A program made the translations under genes and the position numbers. DNA of 64,000 bases, taken from NCBI GenBank assembly GCA_030765485.1, contig JAVCCR010000031.1, forward strand, positions 17,359 to 81,358, in the 5' to 3' direction. Shown here piece after piece: positions 1 to 8,915 of the stretch. The notes under the pieces were generated by a model, which was given only the letters and a program-made list of their open reading frames with translations, was not told where the DNA came from and ran no database searches. Each line of letters begins with the position of its first letter. The first letter of the stretch is position 1. The DNA is from Candidatus Gygaella obscura. GTDB lineage: Bacteria; Omnitrophota; Gorgyraeia; Gygaellales; Gygaellaceae.

Positions 1-2
1 CT

Positions 3-209
3 TTTAATTTCTTAAGCAGATGTTTGGTTGTTTATCATAATCCGAAAAGAAAAAATACCTTTGGTAAAAACGCTGCAGTTATAAATAGGATTTGTATGTT
101 TGAAAAAAACATTTCTCAGCACGAATTGGATTCAGGGGTAATTTCTGCTTCTTTGGCCCAAAAGGTGCGGGATGGTTTTATCAATCGTATAGATGTATAT
201 CTTTCCTAA
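3..209 (+). CDS. C-terminal end of a protein truncated by the window start; resembles the C-terminus of large 'cellobiose phosphorylase'-annotated hypothetical proteins
   Basis: The frame is open from base 3 (FNFLSRCLVVYHNPKRKNTFG...RIDVYLS*). The family resemblance is from recall only. Confidence 0.45.
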   Translation, partial: FNFLSRCLVVYHNPKRKNTFGKNAAVINRICMFEKNISQHELDSGVISASLAQKVRDGFINRIDVYLS

Positions 210-243
210 GATTTTTCGTAAACTTCTAGTTAAATAATAGATT

Positions 244-272
244 TTGACAAAAATCACTTATTTTAATACAAT
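244..272 (+). promoter_or_regulatory. sigma70-type promoter for the Lrp-aminotransferase operon
   Basis: TTGACA (244-249), 17-nt spacer, TACAAT (267-272). An AAGGAG Shine-Dalgarno precedes ATG 318. Confidence 0.7.
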
Positions 273-317
273 AGAGAGTCAGTTGGTATTTTATTTATAA
301 TCCGGAAGGAGAAAAGA

Positions 318-803
318 ATGGATGAAATATTAGAAATTATGGAGAAGGATGCCCGTATAAGCCCTGAACAGATAGCAAAACTTACTAAAGGAAGCGTAAA
401 AGTTGTAAAAACAGCAATAAAAAAATACGAAAAAGATGGCGTTATCGTTCAATACAAAACTGTTATAAACAAGGAATTAGTTAAAAATAGCGATAATGAA
501 GTCAGAGCTTTGATTGAGGTTAATATTGCACCTCAGAAGGATGTTGGTTTTGATAGTATTGCAGAAAGGATTTATAAATTTCCCGAAGTAACCAGTTGTT
601 ATCTGCTTTCTGGTACATATGATTTGCTTCTTGTGGTCGAGGGGAAGAATTTGCATATGGTTTCTAATTTTGTCGCCGAAAAACTTTCTCCGATGCCGAA
701 TGTTCGAGGAACGGTTACGCATTTTCTGCTTAAAAAGTACAAGGAAGACGCGGTTATTTTAAAACATAAAGATGAGGATAAACGGATAGCTATATCTTAT
801 TAA
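318..803 (+). CDS. Lrp/AsnC family transcriptional regulator
   Basis: N-terminal HTH (ILEIMEKDARISPEQIA) and C-terminal RAM domain (PEVTSCYLLSGTYDLL). Same pairing with an aminotransferase as Bacillus yugG-yugH. Confidence 0.9.
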   Translation: MDEILEIMEKDARISPEQIAKLTKGSVKVVKTAIKKYEKDGVIVQYKTVINKELVKNSDNEVRALIEVNIAPQKDVGFDSIAERIYKFPEVTSCYLLSGTYDLLLVVEGKNLHMVSNFVAEKLSPMPNVRGTVTHFLLKKYKEDAVILKHKDEDKRIAISY

Positions 804-814
804 AAGAGAGCAAT

Positions 815-1990
815 ATGAAGAATTTTGTATCAAAGGTAACAAAACAGCTTAAGCCTTCCGGAATCAGGGAGTTTTTTGACCTGGTTCTAGGGATGAAGGA
901 TGTGATTTCTCTTGGTGTGGGTGAACCGGATTTTGTAACACCTTGGCAGATTAGAGAAGCAGGTATTTATTCTCTGGAACAGGGTTTTACAAGTTATACC
1001 TCCAATAAAGGGCTTTATAAGCTCAGGCTCGCAATTAGCAAGCATTTATCTAAGAATTATAAGTTGGATTATTGTGCAGATGATGAAATTCTTATAACTG
1101 TGGGAGTGAGCGAGGCTTTGGATTTAGCTTTGCGCTCAATGATAAACCCGGGAGATAAGATTATTATTCCTGTACCCAGTTACGTTTCTTACGGACCGGT
1201 TACGGAATTAGCAGGTGGAAAGCCTATTTATATCGATACCACAAAGAATAATTTTAAGTTAAGCCCAAAGGATTTGCTTAGAAATATTGATAGTAAAACC
1301 AAGGCATTGATATTAAACTATCCTAATAATCCTACAGGCGTAACTTACACCAAAGAAGAGTTGATTGAATTTAATAGGATAATAAGCAAAAAAAATATCA
1401 TCTGTATAACCGATGAAGTTTATGGAGAGCTTACCTATGATTTTGAGCATGTGCCTTTTTCAACACTTAAGGGGGCAAAGAAACATACGTTATATCTAAA
1501 CGGTTTTTCTAAAAGTTATGCTATGACTGGTTGGCGCGTTGGTTATGCATGCGGGCCAAAGGATTTAATAGCGGCAATGACAAAGATTCATCAGTATACG
1601 ATTATGTGTGTTCCCAGTATATCTCAATGGGCATCTTGTGAGGCCTTACATTCTGGCAGGAAGTCTTTAGAAGTGATGAAACGCGAATATCGAAGACGAA
1701 GAGAATTTGTTTATGATGCCTTTAACAGTATAGGTCTTCCTTGTGTTAAGCCACAGGGCGCATTTTATTGTTTTGTTTCTATCAAAAGTACTGGTTTAAG
1801 TTCAGTGGAATTTTCTAAGAGGTTATTAAAACAATATAAGGTAGCAGTTGTTCCTGGAGTTGCTTTCGCAGAAAACGCAGAAGGTTATATTAGGGTATCC
1901 TATGCAGAGAATTTTGATAAACTCAAAGAGGCATTAAATAGGATTGAAGAGTTTGTAGAAAAAATAAATAATAAAAAAAAGGAAGATTGA
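815..1990 (+). CDS. Class I/II PLP-dependent aminotransferase
   Basis: LGVGEPDF, NYPNNPTG, DEVY and the PLP-lysine motif GFSKSYAMTGWRVG. Confidence 0.93.
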   Translation: MKNFVSKVTKQLKPSGIREFFDLVLGMKDVISLGVGEPDFVTPWQIREAGIYSLEQGFTSYTSNKGLYKLRLAISKHLSKNYKLDYCADDEILITVGVSEALDLALRSMINPGDKIIIPVPSYVSYGPVTELAGGKPIYIDTTKNNFKLSPKDLLRNIDSKTKALILNYPNNPTGVTYTKEELIEFNRIISKKNIICITDEVYGELTYDFEHVPFSTLKGAKKHTLYLNGFSKSYAMTGWRVGYACGPKDLIAAMTKIHQYTIMCVPSISQWASCEALHSGRKSLEVMKREYRRRREFVYDAFNSIGLPCVKPQGAFYCFVSIKSTGLSSVEFSKRLLKQYKVAVVPGVAFAENAEGYIRVSYAENFDKLKEALNRIEEFVEKINNKKKED

Positions 1991-1991
1991 T

Positions 1992-2357
1992 ATGCCGCAG
2001 AAAAATATTTTAGTAGTAGATGATGAGCTTTCAATTAGAGAGACAATGAAATCTTTATTAGAGGAGCATGGTTATTCTGTAAAGTTGGCAGATGACGGAG
2101 TTAGTGCTTTAAGTGCGATAAAAGAAGAGCTGCCTGATTTGATTATTTCCGATATAAAAATGAAAGATATGGACGGATATACATTGTTACAGGAGCTTAA
2201 AAAAAGAGATTTATCTACCAAGATTCCAGTAATCGTAGTGACCGGTTACAGCGATATGCAGGATTTGTTTAGTTTGCAGGAAGTTGCTGATTATGTCGTA
2301 AAGCCTTTTAATAACGAGGATTTACTTTTGAGAATTGCCCGTATTTTGAATAAATGA
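1992..2357 (+). CDS. Single-domain response regulator (REC)
   Basis: ILVVDDE, phospho-acceptor Asp in LIISDIKM, VVTG, conserved KPF. Confidence 0.9.
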   Translation: MPQKNILVVDDELSIRETMKSLLEEHGYSVKLADDGVSALSAIKEELPDLIISDIKMKDMDGYTLLQELKKRDLSTKIPVIVVTGYSDMQDLFSLQEVADYVVKPFNNEDLLLRIARILNK

Positions 2358-3061
2358 AAAAGAAAAAGTCCACTTCCTTTAAAAAACACATAGAAGGCCT
2401 TTCTAAAATAAGCGAAACGATAGTATCGGATTTATACCTGGAAGATATTTTAAAGCTTGTTGTTATGGTAACAGCTGAAGTTATGGATTCCAAGATTTGT
2501 TCATTACTTTTATTAGATTCTGATAAAAACGAACTGATTGTACGCGCAACACAATCGGTAAGTGAAGCATACAATAAGAAGCCGAATATAAAATTAGGTG
2601 AAGGTATTGCTGGTAAAGTTGCTTTAGAAAAAAAGCCCATAGTTGTGCTTGATGTTAGAAAAGAAGTGCTTTATAGAAATAGCGTTATTGCTAAAAAAGA
2701 AAAGCTTTGCTCTTTGTTATGTGTACCAATGTCGGTAAAGGGTAAGGTTATTGGGGTGTTGAATGTTTATACTTCAAAGAAGCATAAGTTTATCAAAGAG
2801 GAGATAGTTGTTTTAGGTGCTGTTGCAAATCAGGCGGCAATCGCAATAGAAAACGCAAGGCTTCTGATGTATTCAAAGACGATTGAACAGGAGTTGAAGG
2901 TGCGTAAACTCGTTGAGCGGGCCAAAGGAATATTAATGAAAAAACTAGGCCTTGGTGAAGAAGAGGCGTTTCGTAAAATCCAGAAACAAGCCATGAACAT
3001 GCGTAAAAGCATGCAGGAGATTGCCGAAGCGATTATTCTTAGCAAGGAAATAATATTATAG
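2354..3061 (+). CDS. GAF and ANTAR domain protein (RNA-binding antiterminator type)
   Basis: GAF motifs (GEGIAGKVA, SLLCVPM, VIGVLNV, ANQAAIAIENARL), then ANTAR (RKLVERAKGILM...EEEAFRKIQKQAMNMRKSMQEIAEAII). Confidence 0.9.
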   Translation: MKKKKSTSFKKHIEGLSKISETIVSDLYLEDILKLVVMVTAEVMDSKICSLLLLDSDKNELIVRATQSVSEAYNKKPNIKLGEGIAGKVALEKKPIVVLDVRKEVLYRNSVIAKKEKLCSLLCVPMSVKGKVIGVLNVYTSKKHKFIKEEIVVLGAVANQAAIAIENARLLMYSKTIEQELKVRKLVERAKGILMKKLGLGEEEAFRKIQKQAMNMRKSMQEIAEAIILSKEIIL

Positions 3062-3070
3062 GATAAGATT

Positions 3071-4594
3071 ATGAAAAAGATAGGTTTTGATAATGAGAAG
3101 TATTTAAAAGAACAGACAAGTTCGATTATAGATAGAGTAAAAAAGTTTAACAATAAGCTTTATTTGGAGTTTGGGGGAAAGCTTTGTTATGACTATCATG
3201 CGGCAAGAGTTTTACCAGGGTATGACCCTAATGTAAAGTTGAGATTGCTACAGTCTTTAAAGGATAAGATAGATATTGTTTTGTGTGTTTATGCCTCTGA
3301 TATTGAAAATGGGAGGGTGAGAGGAGATTTTGGTATAACTTATGATGCAGCGACATTTAAGCTGATTGATGATTTGAGAGTTTGGGGCTTAGATATTTTA
3401 GCAGTTGTTATCACCCGTTATTCGGGACAACCTTCGGCAAAGATATTTAAAAATAAACTGGAGCGTCGTAATGTAAAGGTATATCTGTCTTATCCTATTG
3501 AAGGTTATCCTACGAATATTGATTCAGTTGTCAGTGAAGATGGTTTTGGAAAAAATGAATATGTGGAAACCAAAAAACCGATAGTGGTAGTTACTGCTCC
3601 TGGGCCAAACAGCGGAAAGCTTTCAACCTGTATTTCTCAGCTTTATCAGGAGCATAAAAGGGGAATTATTGCTGGATATGCTAAGTTTGAAACTTTTCCT
3701 ATATGGAATCTGCCTTTAAAGCATCCTATTAATGTTGCCTATGAGGCAGCAACTGCGGATATTCAGGATTTTAATCTTGTAGATCCGTTTCATCTTAGTG
3801 CATACCATAAAACTACGATTAATTACAATAGGGATGTGGAGAGTTTCCCTATTTTAAGAATTATGTTGAATAAAATTTACGAAAAAGACAAAAAAATTTC
3901 TTCCTATAAGTCTCCTACGGATATGGGAGTAAACAGGGCTTGTTTTGGTATTATTGATGATCAGGTAGTAAGAGCTGCTTCAAAGCAAGAGCTTATTAGA
4001 AGATATTTTCGTTATAATACAGAATATATTTTGGGAATAGAGAAAAAATCTACCGTAGAAAGAGTTGCTGCATTAATGGAAGAGTTGGCTGTAAAAATAT
4101 CTGATCGTAACGTTGTGGAGGTTGCACGTAAGGCTGCAGGAGAAGCTGAAAGTAAAGGTAAAGGAAATGAAGGAATTTTTTGCGGTGCGGCAATAGAACT
4201 TGCGAATAAGAAAATTATTTCCGGTAAAAATTCCAAGCATATGCATGCAGCATCAAGCGTGATTCTCAATTCTATTAAAGTGCTGGCTAATATTCCTGAT
4301 GAGATCCTGCTTTTATCTCCTCATGTAATAAGTCAGATTTCAAAACTTAAAGAAGGCGTTCTAAGTGGAGAATCGGAAAGCCTGGATTTAGAAGAGACTT
4401 TGATCGCTCTTTCTATAAGCGCTGCCACAAATCATGCTGTAGAGCTGGCTATGTCTAAATTAAAAGACTTAAGAGGCTGCGAAGTACATATGACCCATAT
4501 TCCTACTCCCGGCGATGAGGTTGGTTTTCAAAGGTTAGGGGTCAATTTGACTACAGACGGACAGTTTTCTTCAAGAAATCTTTTTGTAACTTAA
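3071..4594 (+). CDS. DUF1846 / UPF0371 family protein
   Basis: KIGFDNEKY, LYLEFGGKL, APGPNSGKLST, YAKFETFPIWNLPLKHP, YKSPTDMGVN. Confidence 0.9.
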   Translation: MKKIGFDNEKYLKEQTSSIIDRVKKFNNKLYLEFGGKLCYDYHAARVLPGYDPNVKLRLLQSLKDKIDIVLCVYASDIENGRVRGDFGITYDAATFKLIDDLRVWGLDILAVVITRYSGQPSAKIFKNKLERRNVKVYLSYPIEGYPTNIDSVVSEDGFGKNEYVETKKPIVVVTAPGPNSGKLSTCISQLYQEHKRGIIAGYAKFETFPIWNLPLKHPINVAYEAATADIQDFNLVDPFHLSAYHKTTINYNRDVESFPILRIMLNKIYEKDKKISSYKSPTDMGVNRACFGIIDDQVVRAASKQELIRRYFRYNTEYILGIEKKSTVERVAALMEELAVKISDRNVVEVARKAAGEAESKGKGNEGIFCGAAIELANKKIISGKNSKHMHAASSVILNSIKVLANIPDEILLLSPHVISQISKLKEGVLSGESESLDLEETLIALSISAATNHAVELAMSKLKDLRGCEVHMTHIPTPGDEVGFQRLGVNLTTDGQFSSRNLFVT

Positions 4595-4599
4595 ACAAT

Positions 4600-5985
4600 A
4601 TGGTTAAAGAATCCTGCGGGGTGTTTGGAGTTTATGGCGATAGAAACGCTTCTTTATTGACCTATTTAGGGCTTTACGCTCTTCAGCATAGAGGTCAGGA
4701 AAGCGCTGGTATTGTTGTAAGTGATAATGGTAACGTTTCTTTTCACAGGGGGTTGGGTTTAGTCAATGATGTTTTTAGTGAAGAGAAACTCAAAAAACTT
4801 AAAGGTGATATTGCTGTTGGACACGTACGTTATTCTACGACAGGTTCATCGTGTGTTAGAAATATTCAACCTTTTCTGGTAGAGCTTAAGACCTCTACTA
4901 TTGCTTTAGGTCATAACGGCAATCTTATCAACGCAGTGCAGTTGCATGATTTTTTAGAGAAAAAAGGCGTGATATTTCAATCTACTACAGATAGCGAGAT
5001 AATAGTTCATTTGATTACTCATGCTCAAGAGGAATTTTTAGAAAATAAAGTTATTTCCAGTATAAAAAAATTAAAGGGTGCTTTTTCGTTGGTGTTTATG
5101 ATGCAAGATGTTTTAATTGGTGCACGCGACCCTTTTGGTTTTAGACCGTTATGTCTGGGCAGATTGGGTAAATCTTTTATTTTGGCATCAGAGACTAGCG
5201 CATTGGATTTGATAAATGCAAAATACATCAGGGATATAAAGCCAGGGGAAGTGGTTTTTATCAGTAAGAAAGGTATAAAAAGCGTAATTGCTTCAGCAGT
5301 CAAAAGACAATCATTCTGTATGTTTGAATATATTTATTTTGCCAGACCAGATAGCAATATTTTCGGCCACAATGTTTATAAGGTGAGAAAGTCTCTTGGA
5401 GAGCAGCTGGCTGAAGAAGTTAATATCGATGCGGATTTAGTTGTGCCTATTCCGGATTCAGGTAATTATGCAGCTTTAGGTTTTGCTCAAAAAAAGAACA
5501 TTGTCTATGAACCCGCAGTAATACGCAATCATTATATCGGGAGAACTTTTATTGAACCCAGCCAGAGAATGAGGGATTTAAAGGTAAAATTAAAGCTTAA
5601 TCCGGCTAAAGAGGTCATAAAAGGAAAAAAAATCATAATTGTTGAAGATTCTATTGTAAGAGGTACAACTACTAAGGCCAGGATTGTGGCTTTACGCGAA
5701 GCAGGTGCAAAAAAGATTCATATGCTGGTTAGCTGTCCACCGATTAGATACCCTTGTTTTTATGGAATTGATTTTCCTACTAAAAAAGAATTGATCGCTT
5801 CTTCAAAATCAATTGAGGAGATAAGAAGGTTCTTAGGACTTGATTCTCTGCATTATTTAACCTTTAAGGGATTGCTCAGGGTAATGCACAGGCAAAAGAA
5901 CCAGTTATGTTTTGCTTGTTTTAATGGCAGGTATCCCGAGGCAGTCAATAAAAAGATATCAAAAACCAGTTTAGAGACAAGGTAG
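4600..5985 (+). CDS. purF: Amidophosphoribosyltransferase
   Basis: Short propeptide then CGVFG, LQHRGQESAG, GHVRYSTTG, PRPP loop VEDSIVRGTT, Fe-S cysteines (CMFEY, CFYG, CFAC). Confidence 0.96.
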   Translation: MVKESCGVFGVYGDRNASLLTYLGLYALQHRGQESAGIVVSDNGNVSFHRGLGLVNDVFSEEKLKKLKGDIAVGHVRYSTTGSSCVRNIQPFLVELKTSTIALGHNGNLINAVQLHDFLEKKGVIFQSTTDSEIIVHLITHAQEEFLENKVISSIKKLKGAFSLVFMMQDVLIGARDPFGFRPLCLGRLGKSFILASETSALDLINAKYIRDIKPGEVVFISKKGIKSVIASAVKRQSFCMFEYIYFARPDSNIFGHNVYKVRKSLGEQLAEEVNIDADLVVPIPDSGNYAALGFAQKKNIVYEPAVIRNHYIGRTFIEPSQRMRDLKVKLKLNPAKEVIKGKKIIIVEDSIVRGTTTKARIVALREAGAKKIHMLVSCPPIRYPCFYGIDFPTKKELIASSKSIEEIRRFLGLDSLHYLTFKGLLRVMHRQKNQLCFACFNGRYPEAVNKKISKTSLETR

Positions 5986-5991
5986 GTATTT

Positions 5992-6321
5992 ATGAATAAA
6001 ATAGTTATAACTTTACAGTCAGCTTATTTGGTTCTTAAGCAGAATCTTCTTGATTTTCATTTTACAAGCAATAATCCCTGGTTATGGATTTGCGGAGGGA
6101 CAATTATTTTCTGGATGGTAAAACACTGGAATCTAAAGAAGATTATTTGGTTTATTATCAGCATGGGAACACTTTTTTTCTTAAAAGGCGTAGTTTATGA
6201 TTATATAGGTAAACTTATGCCCGGTGCAGGTAATAACTATGGTGATATGATTATAGGAATTGTTTTTTCTATTCTTGTGGTGATTGTATTGATATACTTT
6301 TTATTTATTAGGCAGGATTAG
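5992..6321 (+). CDS. Hypothetical membrane protein
   Basis: 109 aa with about three hydrophobic segments, tightly packed after purF. Confidence 0.65.
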   Translation: MNKIVITLQSAYLVLKQNLLDFHFTSNNPWLWICGGTIIFWMVKHWNLKKIIWFIISMGTLFFLKGVVYDYIGKLMPGAGNNYGDMIIGIVFSILVVIVLIYFLFIRQD

Positions 6322-6341
6322 TTTATAATAAGGAGAGACAG

Positions 6342-6791
6342 ATGAGTTTAGAAAATGAAATATTAGAAGATTACAAAGCGGCATTAAAGAATAAAGATAA
6401 ATTAAAAGTTTTGGTGTTGAGTTTGTTGCGAGCGGAACTAAAAAACTATATTATCCAGACGCAGAATAAACAATTATCCGATGATGATGTAATAAAAATC
6501 ATTAAAAAACATACCGCAAGAAATCAAGATTCTATAAAGCAGTTTGAATCCGGCAATAGAGCTGATTTAGCCGAAAAAGAAAAGCAGGAATACCTTATTT
6601 TAAAAGCATATCTTCCTGAAGAGCTAAGTGAAGAAAAGGTTAGGCAGGTAATTGATTCAGCGATTACAGAGCTTAAAGCACAGGATATAAAGTCAATGGG
6701 TGCTGTGATGAAAGAGGTTTTATCAAAAATAGGCTCTCAGGCTGATGGTAAGTTGATAAGTGCTATTGTAAAAGCAAGACTCTCTCCGTAA
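6342..6791 (+). CDS. GatB/YqeY domain protein
   Basis: AGGAG SD. Motifs DSIKQFESGNRADLAEKE, YLPEELS, MGAVMK, ADGKLIS. Confidence 0.9.
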   Translation: MSLENEILEDYKAALKNKDKLKVLVLSLLRAELKNYIIQTQNKQLSDDDVIKIIKKHTARNQDSIKQFESGNRADLAEKEKQEYLILKAYLPEELSEEKVRQVIDSAITELKAQDIKSMGAVMKEVLSKIGSQADGKLISAIVKARLSP

Positions 6792-6801
6792 AACCAAATT
6801 T

Positions 6802-7944
6802 CTAAGAACAGATGAAGTTATTGATTATGGATGCGGCTCGTTGTGTAGCTCCGTTTTCTCCCAAGATTTTTTTTACCTGAATGAGTCTTTCTTTTATATA
6901 ATTGATTTTTTCAGGGTTATTTAATACTAGATTCATGTCATAAGCTATTCTTCGCGCCTGGGCGTCAAACTGGATGTATTCAGGGATTATTTTTTGTCCG
7001 GCTACAACATTGACCAGTCCGATATAATCTATTTTTATTAGCATTTTAGCAATAAGCCAGGTTAAGAAATTAACTTTATAAATGATAAACATAGGTTTAT
7101 TTAAGATTGCAGTTTCTAATGTTGCTGTTCCTGAGGCAACTAGGCAGAAGTCACTGGCACCTATTCCATTATAGGTATCGTTTTCAATTATTAATATTTT
7201 TAACGTTAATCGAGATGTTATTTCTTTAAACAGACCAATATTTAATTCCGCTGGTTTTAGAATGACGAATTGAGCGCTTCTGTTTTTTTTGGAGAATAAA
7301 AGGCAGCTTTTTAGCATTACAGAAAGATTTTTTTTGATTTCGTTTTTCCGGGAACCAGGTAATAATGCAATTAGTTTCTTATCCGAATCCAGATCGTATC
7401 TTTTTATAAATTCGTTTTTGTCTTTTGTGATATTTACCCAGTCTAAAAGAGGATGGCCGACAAAATCTACATCTACAGCCTCGTTTTTATATAGTGATTC
7501 TTCAAATTTAAAGAATACGACCATTTTGTCAACAACCTGTTTAATTAAACTTATTCTATTTTTATTCCAGGCCCATATCTGTGGGCTGATGTAGTAGACA
7601 ATTTTAATATTTTTATTTTTTTCCTTGATTTTTTTGGCAAGCCTTAAATTAAAACCAGGATAATCTACAAGTATAATTGCTTCAGGTTGTTTTTTTTCAA
7701 TATGAGTGAGTAGCTCTTCAAATATAGCTTTAATTTTTTTATAGTTTTTTAAAACCTCAAAGAAACCAACTACGGCCAGTTCGCTTAAGTTATGTAGGAT
7801 TTTTACTCCTTCTTTTTGCATCTGGTAACCGCCGAGACCGCTAAAGATTAATTCCGGGTTTGTATTCTTTAATTTTCTTACAAGATTAGCTGCGTGGGAG
7901 TCTCCGGAAGGTTCTCCGGCAACAATAACAATATTTTTATACAT
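6802..7944 (-). CDS. lpxB: Lipid A disaccharide synthase
   Basis: IVAGEPSGD, VDYPGFN, YYISPQIWAW, VGHPL, LLPGSRKNE, ASGTATLE. Confidence 0.95.
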   Translation of the reverse strand: MYKNIVIVAGEPSGDSHAANLVRKLKNTNPELIFSGLGGYQMQKEGVKILHNLSELAVVGFFEVLKNYKKIKAIFEELLTHIEKKQPEAIILVDYPGFNLRLAKKIKEKNKNIKIVYYISPQIWAWNKNRISLIKQVVDKMVVFFKFEESLYKNEAVDVDFVGHPLLDWVNITKDKNEFIKRYDLDSDKKLIALLPGSRKNEIKKNLSVMLKSCLLFSKKNRSAQFVILKPAELNIGLFKEITSRLTLKILIIENDTYNGIGASDFCLVASGTATLETAILNKPMFIIYKVNFLTWLIAKMLIKIDYIGLVNVVAGQKIIPEYIQFDAQARRIAYDMNLVLNNPEKINYIKERLIQVKKILGENGATQRAASIINNFICS

Positions 7945-8854
7945 TGATTTTTTTTATGATTCTTAAAGCAACGCAAAGCGCATCCCTGGCTTCAGTTCCT
8001 GAGACTATGGGTTTTTTCTTGGATTTTACGCATTCCAGGAATGAACAAAGCTCTTTCTTGAGGGGTTGTTCTTTTTCAATCGGTATAGCAGTTTTGCTGA
8101 TACCAGCCGCTGTTTTTTTATAAATGAAGGCTTCTTGTTTAAAATAATCCATGGAGATGTATTTATTAGAAAGGAAAATTCGAATTTTCCTCATATATTC
8201 ATCGGATATCCGGCTGGCAGTTAAGTTTACGCTGCATTTGTTTGAAAAAGTTAATCTTACATTGGCGATGTCTTCAAATTGCGTTAATACTTTTACTCCA
8301 ACGGCATCTATGTGTTTTATTTTGGATTTTACCAATCCTAGAACAATATCGATATCATGAATCATGATGTCTAAGACAGCGCCAACATCAAGGGATCTTC
8401 CTGGAAACGGGCTTAAGCGATGGCATTCGATAAACTTTGGGTTCTTGATATTTTTCTCAATGCTTTGATAAGCACAGTTAAAACGTTCTATATGCCCGAC
8501 TTGTAAAATAACTTTATGTTTTTTTGCTAGCTTAATCAGGTTGTCAGCCTGTTTAAGGTTGATAGCTATGGGTTTTTCTACCAGGCAATGAATTTTATTC
8601 TCCAGAAAATATTTAGCTATTTTGTAGTGTAAATATGTTGGTACGCATATGCTTACTGCTTTTAGGGTTTTTAAGGGGATTTTTTTGTAATCAGTATAAA
8701 AATTTCTTTTTAAGTCTTTAGAGAGATTATTTATTGTTTTAGGGTTATTATCACAAGTAGCTATGATACTTACAGTTTTGATTCTGTTATAATTTTCAAC
8801 ATGTTTTGAACCTAATTTTCCCAGTCCTATGATTGCAATATTTGTTTTTTTCAT
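7937..8854 (-). CDS. Gfo/Idh/MocA oxidoreductase, GnnA-like (UDP-GlcNAc 3-dehydrogenase candidate)
   Basis: IIGLGKLG, LVEKP, VGHIERFN, LDIMIHDIDI, ASRIS. Overlaps the start of lpxB. Confidence 0.8.
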   Translation of the reverse strand: MKKTNIAIIGLGKLGSKHVENYNRIKTVSIIATCDNNPKTINNLSKDLKRNFYTDYKKIPLKTLKAVSICVPTYLHYKIAKYFLENKIHCLVEKPIAINLKQADNLIKLAKKHKVILQVGHIERFNCAYQSIEKNIKNPKFIECHRLSPFPGRSLDVGAVLDIMIHDIDIVLGLVKSKIKHIDAVGVKVLTQFEDIANVRLTFSNKCSVNLTASRISDEYMRKIRIFLSNKYISMDYFKQEAFIYKKTAAGISKTAIPIEKEQPLKKELCSFLECVKSKKKPIVSGTEARDALCVALRIIKKINV

Positions 8855-8863
8855 ATAGCTGTC

Positions 8864-8892
8864 ATCATAGCAAAGCGCTTGATAAAAGTCAA
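8864..8892 (-). promoter_or_regulatory. sigma70-type promoter (extended -10) for the oxidoreductase-lpxB pair
   Basis: On the minus strand: TTGACT (8892-8887), 17 nt, TATGAT (8869-8864) preceded by TGC. Confidence 0.6.
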
Positions 8893-8907
8893 TAATTGTG
8901 ATAAAAT
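8879..8907 (+). promoter_or_regulatory. sigma70-type promoter (extended -10) for msbA
   Basis: TTGATA (8879-8884), 17 nt, TAAAAT (8902-8907) preceded by TGA. Confidence 0.6.
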
Positions 8908-8915
8908 ATTTCGCT

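Noticed and set aside
301-311. TCCGGAAGGAG resembling SRP RNA helix 8; SRP RNA was also sought between tadA and dnaX
   Set aside because: The flanking SRP consensus is missing and the motif is the Lrp ribosome-binding site. No ffs-like sequence was seen near dnaX.
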